A program made the position numbers and the translations under genes. Positions 17,343 to 27,072 of a DNA stretch of 64,000 nt are shown here, in pieces. The stretch is from Deltaproteobacteria bacterium (GTDB lineage Bacteria > Desulfobacterota > Desulfobacteria > Desulfobacterales > JAFDMD01). How positions within the stretch are numbered: position 1 is the stretch's first letter; the number at the start of each line of letters is the position of its first letter. Below the pieces are notes generated by a model that worked only from the letters and a program-made list of their open reading frames with translations, did no database searches and was not told the origin of the DNA. Where the stretch lies: positions 23,519-87,518 of the forward strand of contig JAFDMF010000006.1 in assembly GCA_019306065.1 (NCBI GenBank). The letters run 5' to 3'.

Positions 17343-18914
17343 TTACCTCGTCACTCTTTTATTTTGTTTAAGTTCAAGGCGAATAAAAATTCGGTATATT
17401 ATGCAAACAAAGGAGATAAACGCGCATAAAAGCGCAAATACATCGCCATATTTTGTATAAAAGGTTTTTTGGACCAATATAGGAATATTATACTCCTTTA
17501 AGGCTTCGGTAAATAGCGGAGTCGTTCCTGTTATACTGCCGTCCGGATATATTGCTCCGCTTATTCCGGTATTTGCACATCTAACTATTGCCCTTTTATT
17601 TTCTATAGCTCGAAATACCGCCATATTAAAATGCTGAAAAGGCGCCGGCGTATCTCCGAACCATGTATCGTTTGTAATATTTATTATAAAATCCGCATCC
17701 TGTTTTACAATCTTTCTTGCAAGATTCGGAAATATTATCTCAAAGCATATTTGAGCTCCTATTTTATGGTTATTCCAATCCAATGTTTTCCCTTTTTTAC
17801 CCCGGGCAAAATCCTCTCCTGTTCCGGCTATCTTTCTTATAAACGGAAACCATTTTCCAAAAGGAACATATTCTCCGAAAGGAACCAGCTTTGCTTTATC
17901 GTATCTGCCGGCGCTTCTACCGTTTTTTTCAATAAGATATGCGCTGTTATATAAGGCGCCGTCCTCGTCCGAGGAATAAGGCGCTCCTATTAAAAAATCG
18001 GTTTGCATATAAATTATAAATCTTTTAATTCTGTTTAAAAAATGCTCTTTACTGTTTAAAAAATACGGAAGAGCTGCCTCCGGCCAAACTATTAATTCAT
18101 TCTTTTTATCTTTTAGCTCGGCAGACATATCAATATATTTTTGGGTGGTAGCGTTAAAAAACTCTTTGTTCCATTTTATTCTCTGATCGATATTTCCCTG
18201 AACTATTGCAATTTTAACCTTTCCGGCGTCCGTAATCTTATTTTGAGTTTTATCAATAACCGATACCCCGTATAGCAGCGTAAATATTAAAAGAAAAGCG
18301 GTTAACGCGCAAGATGAGAACAGACTTTTTTTTAAAGTAGAATCTTTATCGGCAGTATAATAATATATAAGATAAATAAAATAGTTTGCAGATATTATTA
18401 TAAAAGATATTCCATATACCCCGAATATATCGGAAATCTGGATTAAAGGCAGAAATTTAGCCTGTGAATATCCTATAATTCCCCAAGAAAAACCAAAACC
18501 TCGAACATATTCAAGACTTGTCCATAAAGCCGGTATAAATAAAAACGAAAACCGATTTTTTAAAGAAAACAAAGATGCAAAACCTGCAAATAAAGCCGGA
18601 TATAACGCCAAATATGCGGAAAGTAAAAAGAGAATTCCTACGGATTGATACAAAGGAACGCCTCCGTAATAATCCATAGTATATATTAACCAGTATAAGC
18701 AGGATAAAAAATGTATTATGCCTGTTATAAAGCCGAGTTTAAAACTTTGAAAAAAATCGGAATCTTTTATTGCAAACAAAAGCGGCGCAACTGCAAACCA
18801 TGCAAATAAGGAGGCATTTTCGCCAAGCAAAGCAATGGTTAAAAAAATACCGGAAGTTAAAGCCGCAAATATGCTAATAGTAGGAAGCAAAATTATATTT
18901 CTCCGCCGCTCCAA
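17343..18914 (-). CDS. lnt: Apolipoprotein N-acyltransferase
   Basis: Multi-TM N-terminus; VQGN, VWPEAA, KLVPFGEY, ICFE, NDTWF, ANTGIS. Confidence 0.93.
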   Translation of the reverse strand: MERRRNIILLPTISIFAALTSGIFLTIALLGENASLFAWFAVAPLLFAIKDSDFFQSFKLGFITGIIHFLSCLYWLIYTMDYYGGVPLYQSVGILFLLSAYLALYPALFAGFASLFSLKNRFSFLFIPALWTSLEYVRGFGFSWGIIGYSQAKFLPLIQISDIFGVYGISFIIISANYFIYLIYYYTADKDSTLKKSLFSSCALTAFLLIFTLLYGVSVIDKTQNKITDAGKVKIAIVQGNIDQRIKWNKEFFNATTQKYIDMSAELKDKKNELIVWPEAALPYFLNSKEHFLNRIKRFIIYMQTDFLIGAPYSSDEDGALYNSAYLIEKNGRSAGRYDKAKLVPFGEYVPFGKWFPFIRKIAGTGEDFARGKKGKTLDWNNHKIGAQICFEIIFPNLARKIVKQDADFIINITNDTWFGDTPAPFQHFNMAVFRAIENKRAIVRCANTGISGAIYPDGSITGTTPLFTEALKEYNIPILVQKTFYTKYGDVFALLCAFISFVCIIYRIFIRLELKQNKRVTR

Positions 18915-19726
18915 TTCAGTTTTGTTTTTAAAACGTCATAATAATTTAGCCCCGGCAAAGTTATCATGTTTACAAAAGTTTTACTTTTGGATATCGAAAC
19001 AATATCTGCGTCCAAAAGCTTAAAACCCTCTTGCCCGTCAAATGTAAGCATAATATCGGAAACCCCTTTTTCAAGCCTAATTTTTATAGCCGATTTATCC
19101 GGTATTATTAAAGGTCTGTTTGTAAGAGTAAACGGGCATATAGGAGTTATTATTATTACCGGAGCCTCGGGATGTATAACCGGACCTCCCGCGGCAAGCG
19201 AATAAGCGGTGGAGCCTGTGGGAGTGGCTATTATAAGTCCGTCTCCTCTGTATATTGTAAGAAAACTATCGTCTATCCAAGTATGAATGTTAGATAATCT
19301 TGCAAGCGCCCCTTTATTTATAACAGCATCGTTTAAAACCATTCTCGAAGCTATTACTTCGGTATTTCTTATAATCTCTACCGATAAAGCGGCTCTTTGC
19401 TCAATCTTAAATCTGTTTTCAACTACCGCTTCAACTGCGGCAAATAAATCAGCCTCGTTAGTTTCCGCAAGAAAGCCCAGTCTGCCGAATTTTATTCCCA
19501 ATATAGGTATGCCAGAATATTTTGCCCATCTAACTGCTCGTAAAAAAGTGCCGTCTCCGCCAAGCGCAAATATTGCAAAAAGCTCCCCTGCCGCAAGAGG
19601 TTGTTCCTCGTTTTGCCTGGCATAACTAACTTCTATACCTTTCTTATTAAGCCAATTACAAAGTTCATCAGCTTTTGCAAGCGCTTTTGCGTCGGTTTTT
19701 ACCGCGAGTCCGACTTTTAATTTCAC
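18893..19726 (-). CDS. nadK: NAD kinase
   Basis: GGDGT, GRLGFL, LND, TPTGSTAYSLAAGGP. Confidence 0.95.
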   Translation of the reverse strand: MKLKVGLAVKTDAKALAKADELCNWLNKKGIEVSYARQNEEQPLAAGELFAIFALGGDGTFLRAVRWAKYSGIPILGIKFGRLGFLAETNEADLFAAVEAVVENRFKIEQRAALSVEIIRNTEVIASRMVLNDAVINKGALARLSNIHTWIDDSFLTIYRGDGLIIATPTGSTAYSLAAGGPVIHPEAPVIIITPICPFTLTNRPLIIPDKSAIKIRLEKGVSDIMLTFDGQEGFKLLDADIVSISKSKTFVNMITLPGLNYYDVLKTKLNWSGGEI

Positions 19727-19953
19727 TTGTAATTTATCCTTCTTTTAATGCCATACCCTTTTGTTTCCCCCCTGCGATGCTCTGCAAGGGCTTCGGAGAC
19801 GAGTTAAGATAATAGGTTGCCGGAGTTTGTAAATAGTTTATTCCAACATTTTTCGGATTCCATTTCCGCAAGCATCCACCCGCCAATCAAATCCTGATCA
19901 GTCATAGAAAGCCGCAAGGCTTTATCAAAAGCTTCTTGAAGCAGCGTAGCCAT
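19723..19953 (-). pseudogene. Orphan antitoxin-like gene with premature stop
   Basis: MATLLQEAFDKALRLSMTDQDLIGGWMLAEMESEKCWNKLF...LLS*LVSEALAEHRRGETK; TAA at 19806-19804; resembles antitoxins normally paired with RelE/ParE toxins. Confidence 0.65.
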
Positions 19954-20039
19954 AATAACCATTCCTTTTTATAATAAAATGTCGGCTATTATATGATACG
20001 CCCTTTAAAAATCAACCTTTAATTGAGGAGAAATACAAA

Positions 20040-20067
20040 GTAAAGACATTGCATATAACGTCTCTAT
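20040..20067. repeat. Family A REP, degenerate
   Basis: gtaaagacattgcatataacgtctctat. Confidence 0.7.
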
Positions 20068-20183
20068 CGCCTTTCATATCTTACGATTAAAAAATCCCTC
20101 CCCCTTTCCTCCTCTCTTCTTGCAAAAAAACCGTAAAAGAAGTATCTCCGAACAAAACTGCTATATAAAAAAAGGAGATTGTT

Positions 20184-21026
20184 TTGATCATAGACTTTCA
20201 TACTCACATCTTCCCTAATGCCATAAGAGAAAATAAAGAAAAATATTTTAAAAAGGAACCTGCTTTTAAACTTTTATATCAAAGCCCCAATGCAAAAATG
20301 GCTGGAGCCGACGAGCTTATAACCGATATGAACAAGGCAAAAGTCAATATATCAGTTATTTTCGGTTTTCCTTGGAAAGATATGGAACTAACAAAAATGC
20401 ACAACGACTATATTATAGAATCGGTTAAAAAATATAAAAACAGACTTTGCGGGTTTGCATGTTTTGATATGTATAATTCAAACGGCTGCAAAGAGGCTCA
20501 AAGATGCGTAGAAGCCGGTTTGTCCGGAGTAGGAGAGCTTGCCTGTTACGAATCCGAATTAGACAATAACGTCATAAATAAACTTAAACCTACCGCTCGG
20601 TTTTGCAAAGATAAAGATATTGCGATGATGATTCATACAAACGAACCGATAGGGCATCAATATCCGGGTAAAATAAAGATGACATTAAGCCAGATATACA
20701 ATTTGGCAAAAAATTTTTCCGAAAATAAAATTATTCTTGCCCATTGGGGAGGAGGAATCTTTTTTTATAATCTTTGCAAAAAAGAGACAAAAGATATATT
20801 AAAAAATATCTATTTCGATACCGCTGCCTCTCCTTTTCTTTACGACGACAAAATATATAAAAGCGCTGTTGATATAATAGGATCCGAAAAAATCTTATTT
20901 GGCACCGATTATCCGTTATTAAAGGCTCAAAGATACTTTAAAGAGATAAACAGCGCGGAATTATCCGAAAAAGATATTAAAAATATATTAGGAGATAATG
21001 CGGCGGCGCTAATAAAAGGGATATAA
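20184..21026 (+). CDS. Amidohydrolase-family metal-dependent hydrolase
   Basis: DFHTH, GVGEL, IHTNEP, LAHWGGG, FDTAA, FGTDYP. Confidence 0.88.
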   Translation: MIIDFHTHIFPNAIRENKEKYFKKEPAFKLLYQSPNAKMAGADELITDMNKAKVNISVIFGFPWKDMELTKMHNDYIIESVKKYKNRLCGFACFDMYNSNGCKEAQRCVEAGLSGVGELACYESELDNNVINKLKPTARFCKDKDIAMMIHTNEPIGHQYPGKIKMTLSQIYNLAKNFSENKIILAHWGGGIFFYNLCKKETKDILKNIYFDTAASPFLYDDKIYKSAVDIIGSEKILFGTDYPLLKAQRYFKEINSAELSEKDIKNILGDNAAALIKGI

Positions 21027-21043
21027 AAAGGTTATTTGTTTAA

Positions 21044-21209
21044 TGAATTTATCAATTTTCGCCTGAAATCCGGCATTGCAAATCAACAATTGATAATTGG
21101 AAGTCTGCTTTACTGATTTTGAGTCTGAAATTGATAATTACAAAGCTGCAACAGGTAATTGCCGCGTTGAAATATATAATTGCAATTTTGCAGTTAAAAA
21201 TTATCGGAA
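21044..21209. repeat. Degenerate 21-bp tandem array, about 8 units
   Basis: Units such as tgaaattgataattacaaagc / tgcaacaggtaattgccgcgt / tgaaatatataattgcaattt / tgcagttaaaaattatcggaa. Confidence 0.65.
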
Positions 21210-21473
21210 TTTATCAATCGTTTCAAACATTAACGACGGCTTTTTATAAAATAAAACGTTTCAACGCTTCTTACATGTCTTTTTTATTTAATACGAAAAA
21301 TTAAAAAATAACATTGGAAACAATAAAAATTTTCGGTATAAAATTATTACCGGTTATATCTAAATGTAGTTGAAAGATACAGAGTAACAAAGTTGGGAAG
21401 AACTTTATAGGAATTTTTATGATAGCCTATCGGTTAATCACAGTGCAGACAATTAAAACGGATTGGCATAAAC

Positions 21474-23690
21474 ATGATAAATAAGCATAGATTTAAAAAT
21501 GCGGTATCTTTTTTATCCGCACAAGAGATACAAAGACGAAAAAAAGAATTTATTATTATAGCTTCTATTATAGCGATAGTTGCGATTTCCACCTTTATTC
21601 AATTAAAGGTTATACGGCTTGGCACAGACATTCCCATATCAAACGCCATATTAATGTTTATATTAATAGATATAAACGTAATGTTATTAATTTTGCTTCT
21701 GTTTCTGGTATTTAGAAACTTAGTAAAACTTTTATATGATAGAAGCAGAAAAGTTATGGGATCAAAGCTTAGAACAAAGCTTGCGGTATCTTTTATAACA
21801 ATGACCCTTTTGCCTACTACGATTCTTTTTTTTCTTTCTATAAGTTTAATGACAACCAGCATAAAATTTTGGTTCGGCGCGGGCGTAGAGAAGGCTTTGA
21901 ACAACTCTTTATCCGCTGTGGAATCGATTTATGATTATATAGATATAAACAACCGTTTTTATCTTGAAAAAATATCTTATGAAGTTCAAAACAAAAATAT
22001 TTTGAAAAATAATAAAAAAGAGTCGTTAAAAAATTATCTTAAAGATACCTCAAAAAGATTCAATTTAAACGGAGTTGAAATATACGATAAAAACTTTAAG
22101 AGAATCTCTTTTTATGCAAAAGAAAATTTATATCCTATCGGCGCGAAAGATTTCATAAATAAAAAAAATAGTAAGGAGATAAAAACAGTATCTCAAAAAA
22201 CCGAAAAAGGCGAGATAATAAGAATCATATCAACCATACCTTTCGGAGTGGAAAATGATCAGGCAAAAGGTTTTGCCGTAGCTTCCACTGTTTTATCCAA
22301 AGAACTTTCTAATAAAATAAACTCAATATCAAAAGGTTATAAAGAATATCGTCAAATAAAAAAGTTTAAAAAACCTATTAGAAGCGCATATTATATAACC
22401 TTTTCAACCGCCGCGTTTTTGATATTGTTTTCATCTTTATGGCTGGGTTTTCGTCTTGCAAGAACAATAAGCGTTCCTATACATGAGCTTGCAGAAGGCT
22501 TAAAAAAGGTAGCGGGAGGCAATCTTGATATAAAAGTAGAAACGGTTGCAGACGAAGAAATAGGAAGTCTTGTAAATTCTTTTAATAAAATGACAAAAGA
22601 TTTAAAATACGGAAGACAACAGCTTGAAGCGGCAACAAAAAAATTAAAAGAAAGAAACGCGGAAATAGAAGAAAGGCGCCGTTATATGGAAGTAGTTCTT
22701 AAAAATATTTCCGCAGGCATAATATCAATCAACGCGGAAGGAAACGTAGCCACAATAAACAAATCTGCCGAAAAAATGCTTAATCTTTCTGCAAAACAGA
22801 TAATATCTAAAAATTATAAAAAACTGTTAAAGTCCGAACATATCAATCTTGTTAAAGATATCAAAAAAAAAATAAAAACCGAAAATTCTTATATTCTTCC
22901 TATACGCCTTACCATAGAAGGCAAAACAAAAAGCTTTATGACCCATATAACCGCATTAAAAGACGAAGCAAAAAATTTAATAGGCACAGTTATAGTATTT
23001 GACGACCTAACCGAATTGGAAAAAGCCGAAAGAATGGCGGCATGGAGAGAGGTTGCCAGAAGAATAGCTCATGAAGTAAAAAACCCTCTGACCCCCATAA
23101 CCCTTGCGGCTCAGAGATTACAAAGAAAATATTACGAAAAAGTAAAAGAGGTAATATTTTCTGAATGCACTACAACCATAATAGAGCATGTCGAGTTAAT
23201 AAGAAACCTTGTAAACGAATTTTCGGAGTTTGCCCGATTTCCTACGGCAAATCCGAAACCCGAAGATGTTTTACATATAATAGAAGACACCTTAATACCT
23301 TATAAAAATAATCATTTAAACATACGGTTTACTTCTAAAGCAATAAATGAAATCCCCAAAATAAATATAGATAAAAACCAGATAAAACAAGCGTTGATGA
23401 ACCTCTTGACAAATGCAGTTGCCTCAATAGATAAAGCAGGCGAAATAACTGTTTTTATATCTTACGATCCGATATTAAAAAAGATAAAAATAGAGATGGC
23501 AGATAACGGAAAAGGAATACTGGATAACGAAAAAATAAGATTATTCGAGCCGTATTTTTCTACCAAAAAAAAGGGAATGGGACTTGGGCTTGCCATAGTT
23601 AATACAATAATATCGGATCATAACGGAACCATAGGAGTTTATGACAACATTCCGAAAGGAGCGAAGTTTGTTATAGAACTTCCGGTATAA
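21474..23690 (+). CDS. NtrY-like HAMP/PAS sensor histidine kinase
   Basis: TM helices, HAMP, PAS, AAWREVARRIAHEVKNPLTPI, DNGKG, GMGLGL. Confidence 0.9.
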   Translation: MINKHRFKNAVSFLSAQEIQRRKKEFIIIASIIAIVAISTFIQLKVIRLGTDIPISNAILMFILIDINVMLLILLLFLVFRNLVKLLYDRSRKVMGSKLRTKLAVSFITMTLLPTTILFFLSISLMTTSIKFWFGAGVEKALNNSLSAVESIYDYIDINNRFYLEKISYEVQNKNILKNNKKESLKNYLKDTSKRFNLNGVEIYDKNFKRISFYAKENLYPIGAKDFINKKNSKEIKTVSQKTEKGEIIRIISTIPFGVENDQAKGFAVASTVLSKELSNKINSISKGYKEYRQIKKFKKPIRSAYYITFSTAAFLILFSSLWLGFRLARTISVPIHELAEGLKKVAGGNLDIKVETVADEEIGSLVNSFNKMTKDLKYGRQQLEAATKKLKERNAEIEERRRYMEVVLKNISAGIISINAEGNVATINKSAEKMLNLSAKQIISKNYKKLLKSEHINLVKDIKKKIKTENSYILPIRLTIEGKTKSFMTHITALKDEAKNLIGTVIVFDDLTELEKAERMAAWREVARRIAHEVKNPLTPITLAAQRLQRKYYEKVKEVIFSECTTTIIEHVELIRNLVNEFSEFARFPTANPKPEDVLHIIEDTLIPYKNNHLNIRFTSKAINEIPKINIDKNQIKQALMNLLTNAVASIDKAGEITVFISYDPILKKIKIEMADNGKGILDNEKIRLFEPYFSTKKKGMGLGLAIVNTIISDHNGTIGVYDNIPKGAKFVIELPV

Positions 23691-23696
23691 AAGTTT

Positions 23697-23817
23697 TACA
23701 TAACTTCCTATTTTACCCGTTTTTTGCGTTATGCTCAAATTTTAATCCTCGAAATACTTTAAGTATTCCTGCGGTTAAAATTTGAGCAAGCCTTGAAAAT
23801 GAAACAAAACTTTGTTA
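23697..23817 (-). repeat. Family D element followed by octamer tandem repeats
   Basis: aaattttaatcctcgaaatactttaagtattcctgcggttaaaattt; then ctttgtta/ctctgttg/ctttgcca/ctttgtta to about 23843. Confidence 0.85.
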
Positions 23818-23956
23818 CTCTGTTGCTTTGCCACTTTGTTACTCTTTTTAATATTTAATGTTGTTATTTTTAATCTTTTTGATATTTGTATTAACGGCAA
23901 AAAAGTTGTATGCAGCGTCCATCTGTAACTCTATATCTTAATAAAAAATAAAAATT

Positions 23957-25048
23957 ATGATTTCCGTTATTATTCCTATCTATAAAGAAGCTGAAAACAT
24001 ATCCGCAATATCTACTGAGGTAAACAGCGTTTTATCTAATGCCGGTTTTAAGCATGAAATCATACCGGTTGACGATAACTCTCAAGACGGAACCAAAAAA
24101 ATATGCGCGTCTCTTATAAAATCTCTGCCTTTAAGATTGATTGTTCGTAAAAAAAAAAAGGGGCTTTCTTATTCGGTAATAGAAGGAATAGAAAATGCTG
24201 TTTATGATATAATAATTGTAATGGACGCCGATTTTTCTCATCCTCCTTCCGCTCTTCCGAAAATGATTGACGCTATTTTAAAAAACAAAGCAGATTTTAT
24301 AATAGGTTCAAGATATGTAAAAGGCGGAGTTATAGATGAAAACTGGGGGGTTTTTCGGCGTATCAATTCGAAAATAGCAACCCTTATCACAAAACCTTTA
24401 ACAAAAGTAAAAGATCCTATGTCTGGGTTTTTCTGTTTTTACAAAAAAAATATGCCTGATAAAAAAATCTTATCTCCCATAGGATATAAGATTTGTCTTG
24501 AAATTATGGTAAAAGGCAATTTTTTGCGTATAAAAGAAATTCCTATCCGTTTTACAAACCGAACAAAAGGAACAAGCAAACTCGGATTAAAAGAACAGAT
24601 TAACTTTATTTTGCATTTAATAAAACTATATCTTTTTTCATATCCAAAATATGCTCAATTCATACTATTTGCCGCAGTAGGCGCTACAGGGTTTGTATTA
24701 GACTTTTTAATTTATATGGGATTGCAAAAACTGTTTGGTATAAATCATATTGTTGCAAGAGGATTATCCTTTTGGGCGGCAGCCTCTTCAAACTGGGCGC
24801 TTAACCGAAACATTACTTTTAGCGCAAGACAAAAATCTTTAAAACTAAAACAATGGATTTTTTTTTTAATAACATCTTCGTTCGGTTTTTCCGTGAATTT
24901 CGGAACATATTACTTTTTAACCAAATATATTTATTTTTTTAAAAAATATCTTCTTACCGCTTTTATAATCGGAATCTTTGCGGGACTGTTTATAAACTTT
25001 ATATTATCCGCCTCTTTTGTATTTAAAAAAATTGACGCAAATAAATAA
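23957..25048 (+). CDS. GT2 polyprenol-phosphate glycosyltransferase fused to GtrA flippase domain
   Basis: VDDNSQDGT, MDADFSHPP, GSRY, DPMSGFF; C-terminal 4-TM GtrA (FAAVG...NRNITF). Confidence 0.88.
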   Translation: MISVIIPIYKEAENISAISTEVNSVLSNAGFKHEIIPVDDNSQDGTKKICASLIKSLPLRLIVRKKKKGLSYSVIEGIENAVYDIIIVMDADFSHPPSALPKMIDAILKNKADFIIGSRYVKGGVIDENWGVFRRINSKIATLITKPLTKVKDPMSGFFCFYKKNMPDKKILSPIGYKICLEIMVKGNFLRIKEIPIRFTNRTKGTSKLGLKEQINFILHLIKLYLFSYPKYAQFILFAAVGATGFVLDFLIYMGLQKLFGINHIVARGLSFWAAASSNWALNRNITFSARQKSLKLKQWIFFLITSSFGFSVNFGTYYFLTKYIYFFKKYLLTAFIIGIFAGLFINFILSASFVFKKIDANK

Positions 25049-25089
25049 TTCCTATAAAAACTATTTTATTTTGCTCAAAATTACGGCTT

Positions 25090-25200
25090 TGTCATTTCGA
25101 CGAGCAAAGCAAGAAAAAATACCTTAATTGACTGTGATAAAAAATATATAATCGCAAAAGACGTTGCATGCAACGTCTCTAATTTGCTACTTTGCGTCTT
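25090..25200. repeat. Mosaic of family B half, family A REP (25157-25181) and octamers
   Basis: tgtcatttcgacgagcaaagcaag...aaagacgttgcatgcaacgtctcta...tttgctactttgcgt. Confidence 0.75.
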
Positions 25201-25222
25201 TTTAACTTAATAATATAAAACT

Positions 25223-25951
25223 ATGAAACACATACTAATAACGGCAGCCGTAATCCAAGAAGCCGAATACATTATAAACAAGCTTGAAAACCGCTTTAAA
25301 ACAAAAACGGGAAACAAAACCGTAATATCCAGCGCCATTAATAACAAACTCGTAAAAATTGCAATAACCGGACCCGGCATAATAAATACAGCCCATACCG
25401 TTACCGCAGTTATCGAACAAAAACGCCCCGAATTAATAATACAAACAGGATGCGCGGGAGGCTTTAAACAAATCGGTTTAAAAATAGGAGATATATGTAT
25501 AGCCGACGAAGAGATAGACATCCAGCTGGGAATAGAATCTAAAAACAAAACATATCCGCTGCAAGAACTTCCCTTTCCTTTATATAAAGATAATAAAAAA
25601 GAGATAAAATCCGTATATCCGGCAGATGCCCAATTATCAAAAAAAGCTGAAGCTATTTTAAAAAAAAAGTTTTGCGATAACACATTAATAATGCGCGGAA
25701 AATTTGTTACCGTTTCAACCGTAACCGCAACCGATACAACAACGCAAAAATACTTTGAAGCTTTTAATTGCTGCGCCGAAAACATGGAAGGAGCAGCTAC
25801 CGCTTATATTGCCTTTATCTACGGCATACCCTTTATAGAAATAAGAGCCGTAAGCAATATATGCGGCAACAGAGAGATTGATAAATGGGATCTGAAAACC
25901 GCTTTTAAAAAAAGCGGGAAAGCGGTTTATGAAATAGTAAAAGAATTGTAA
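25223..25951 (+). CDS. mqnB: Futalosine hydrolase (PNP/MTAN fold)
   Basis: TGPGIIN, GCAGG, TVSTVT, ENMEGAA, IRAVSNICGNRE..WDL. Confidence 0.75.
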   Translation: MKHILITAAVIQEAEYIINKLENRFKTKTGNKTVISSAINNKLVKIAITGPGIINTAHTVTAVIEQKRPELIIQTGCAGGFKQIGLKIGDICIADEEIDIQLGIESKNKTYPLQELPFPLYKDNKKEIKSVYPADAQLSKKAEAILKKKFCDNTLIMRGKFVTVSTVTATDTTTQKYFEAFNCCAENMEGAATAYIAFIYGIPFIEIRAVSNICGNREIDKWDLKTAFKKSGKAVYEIVKEL

Positions 25952-25978
25952 AAAACAGGCTGTTTTATATTCCAAAAA

Positions 25979-26041
25979 CTTTTTATCAATATTTTTAAGG
26001 TCGTTTTTAACCGATTTCTTGAACGTAACTTTATAATTCAA
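25979..26041 (-). pseudogene. Truncated RelE/ParE toxin (first ~21 codons)
   Basis: MNYKVTFKKSVKNDLKNIDKK then loses toxin character and runs antisense into mqnB; overlaps the antitoxin stop. Confidence 0.75.
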
Positions 26042-26249
26042 GTTCTGTCCTCATATCGCTTAAAGAAATTATCGGATCATTAGAATCGTTCAATCTGTTT
26101 GCCGCAATCTGCATATCCGCCATCTCTTCCAAATATATCTCCAATGCTTTTTTTATATGAAAAGATTTCGGCATTTCCGTTTTTCGGGCTATTAAAGCAA
26201 TTGAAGAGGCTAATGAATCCGGAATTCTTATAGAAACTATTTTGCTCAT
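26031..26249 (-). CDS. RHH (CopG/RelB-type) antitoxin
   Basis: VSIRIP...KSFHIKKALEIYLEE..D.QIA..RL..ISL pattern; directly upstream of the RelE fragment. Confidence 0.82.
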   Translation of the reverse strand: MSKIVSIRIPDSLASSIALIARKTEMPKSFHIKKALEIYLEEMADMQIAANRLNDSNDPIISLSDMRTELEL

Positions 26250-26526
26250 TTTACGCCTTTATTATAATATTTGTAAGCGGTTATTTTTCTTCCGCCTCCT
26301 ATTACAATTTTCTCCCTTTCAAAAAGCGAGGCGGAAGATTTTATAATTCTTTTTAAAAATTTTATGAAAAAGTTACGTTGTTGTCAACACGGGATATTGA
26401 TTATATTGATCTTTCGATTCCGCTTAAAAAACTTTTGAAAAAAGCTAAAAAGCGATTTATGAAATAATAAAAAAAATGTAGAGTCGGAGAGGCGCAAAAA
26501 TAGAAAAGAAAAAAAGGGAAAAAATT

Positions 26527-26916
26527 ATGAAAGAAACAATTATAAGGCAAAACATTGACGCCGAGTTTTATATTTCCGAAAATTGTTATATTATCGAATT
26601 ATATAATACGCCGGAAGATCCGAATATATCCATTGCCAGAGCAAGGGTAAAACCCGGAAATACAACCCGCCTGCATAGACTTATAGGAACATCCGAGCGT
26701 TATTATATTATAAGCGGCAAAGGACGTTTGGAGATCGGAACCCTGCAGCCTCGGGAAGTAAATCCGGGAGATATTGCCGTTATCCCGGCTATGTGCAGCC
26801 AGCGTATAAGCAATATAGGTTCCGAGGATCTTATATTTCTTTGTATCTGCGCCCCTCGTTTTACAAAAGATATTTATGAAGATATTGAAAACACAGACCC
26901 CAAAAAGAATAAATAA
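26527..26916 (+). CDS. Cupin-domain protein
   Basis: ARARVKPG.TTRLH...ERYYIISGKG...PGD..VIP...QRISN. Confidence 0.85.
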   Translation: MKETIIRQNIDAEFYISENCYIIELYNTPEDPNISIARARVKPGNTTRLHRLIGTSERYYIISGKGRLEIGTLQPREVNPGDIAVIPAMCSQRISNIGSEDLIFLCICAPRFTKDIYEDIENTDPKKNK

Positions 26917-27025
26917 ATTCGGCTTGTTAAAATTTTACCATGCCAACGGTTAATGAAGTAAAAATTAATGCCAACACGCTTTAAAAAGTTAATTTTTAAA
27001 ATAGACGCTTTTATTATCAATATGA
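26911..27025. repeat. Collapsed second copy of the NYN unit (both flanks joined)
   Basis: 26911-26957 matches 28174-28220 at 41/47; 26955-27025 matches about 29060-29122. Confidence 0.8.
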
Positions 27026-27072
27026 CAATGGATAGAACAAATTCTAAAAATAGTAAGGCGATAGATAAAAAA

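Noticed and set aside
21044-21209. Tandem array as CRISPR or iterons
   Set aside because: Units are contiguous and highly degenerate; no spacers and no rep gene.
21474-23690. NtrY-like kinase without an adjacent response regulator as a novel system
   Set aside because: The partner may simply be elsewhere in the genome; nothing else is unusual.
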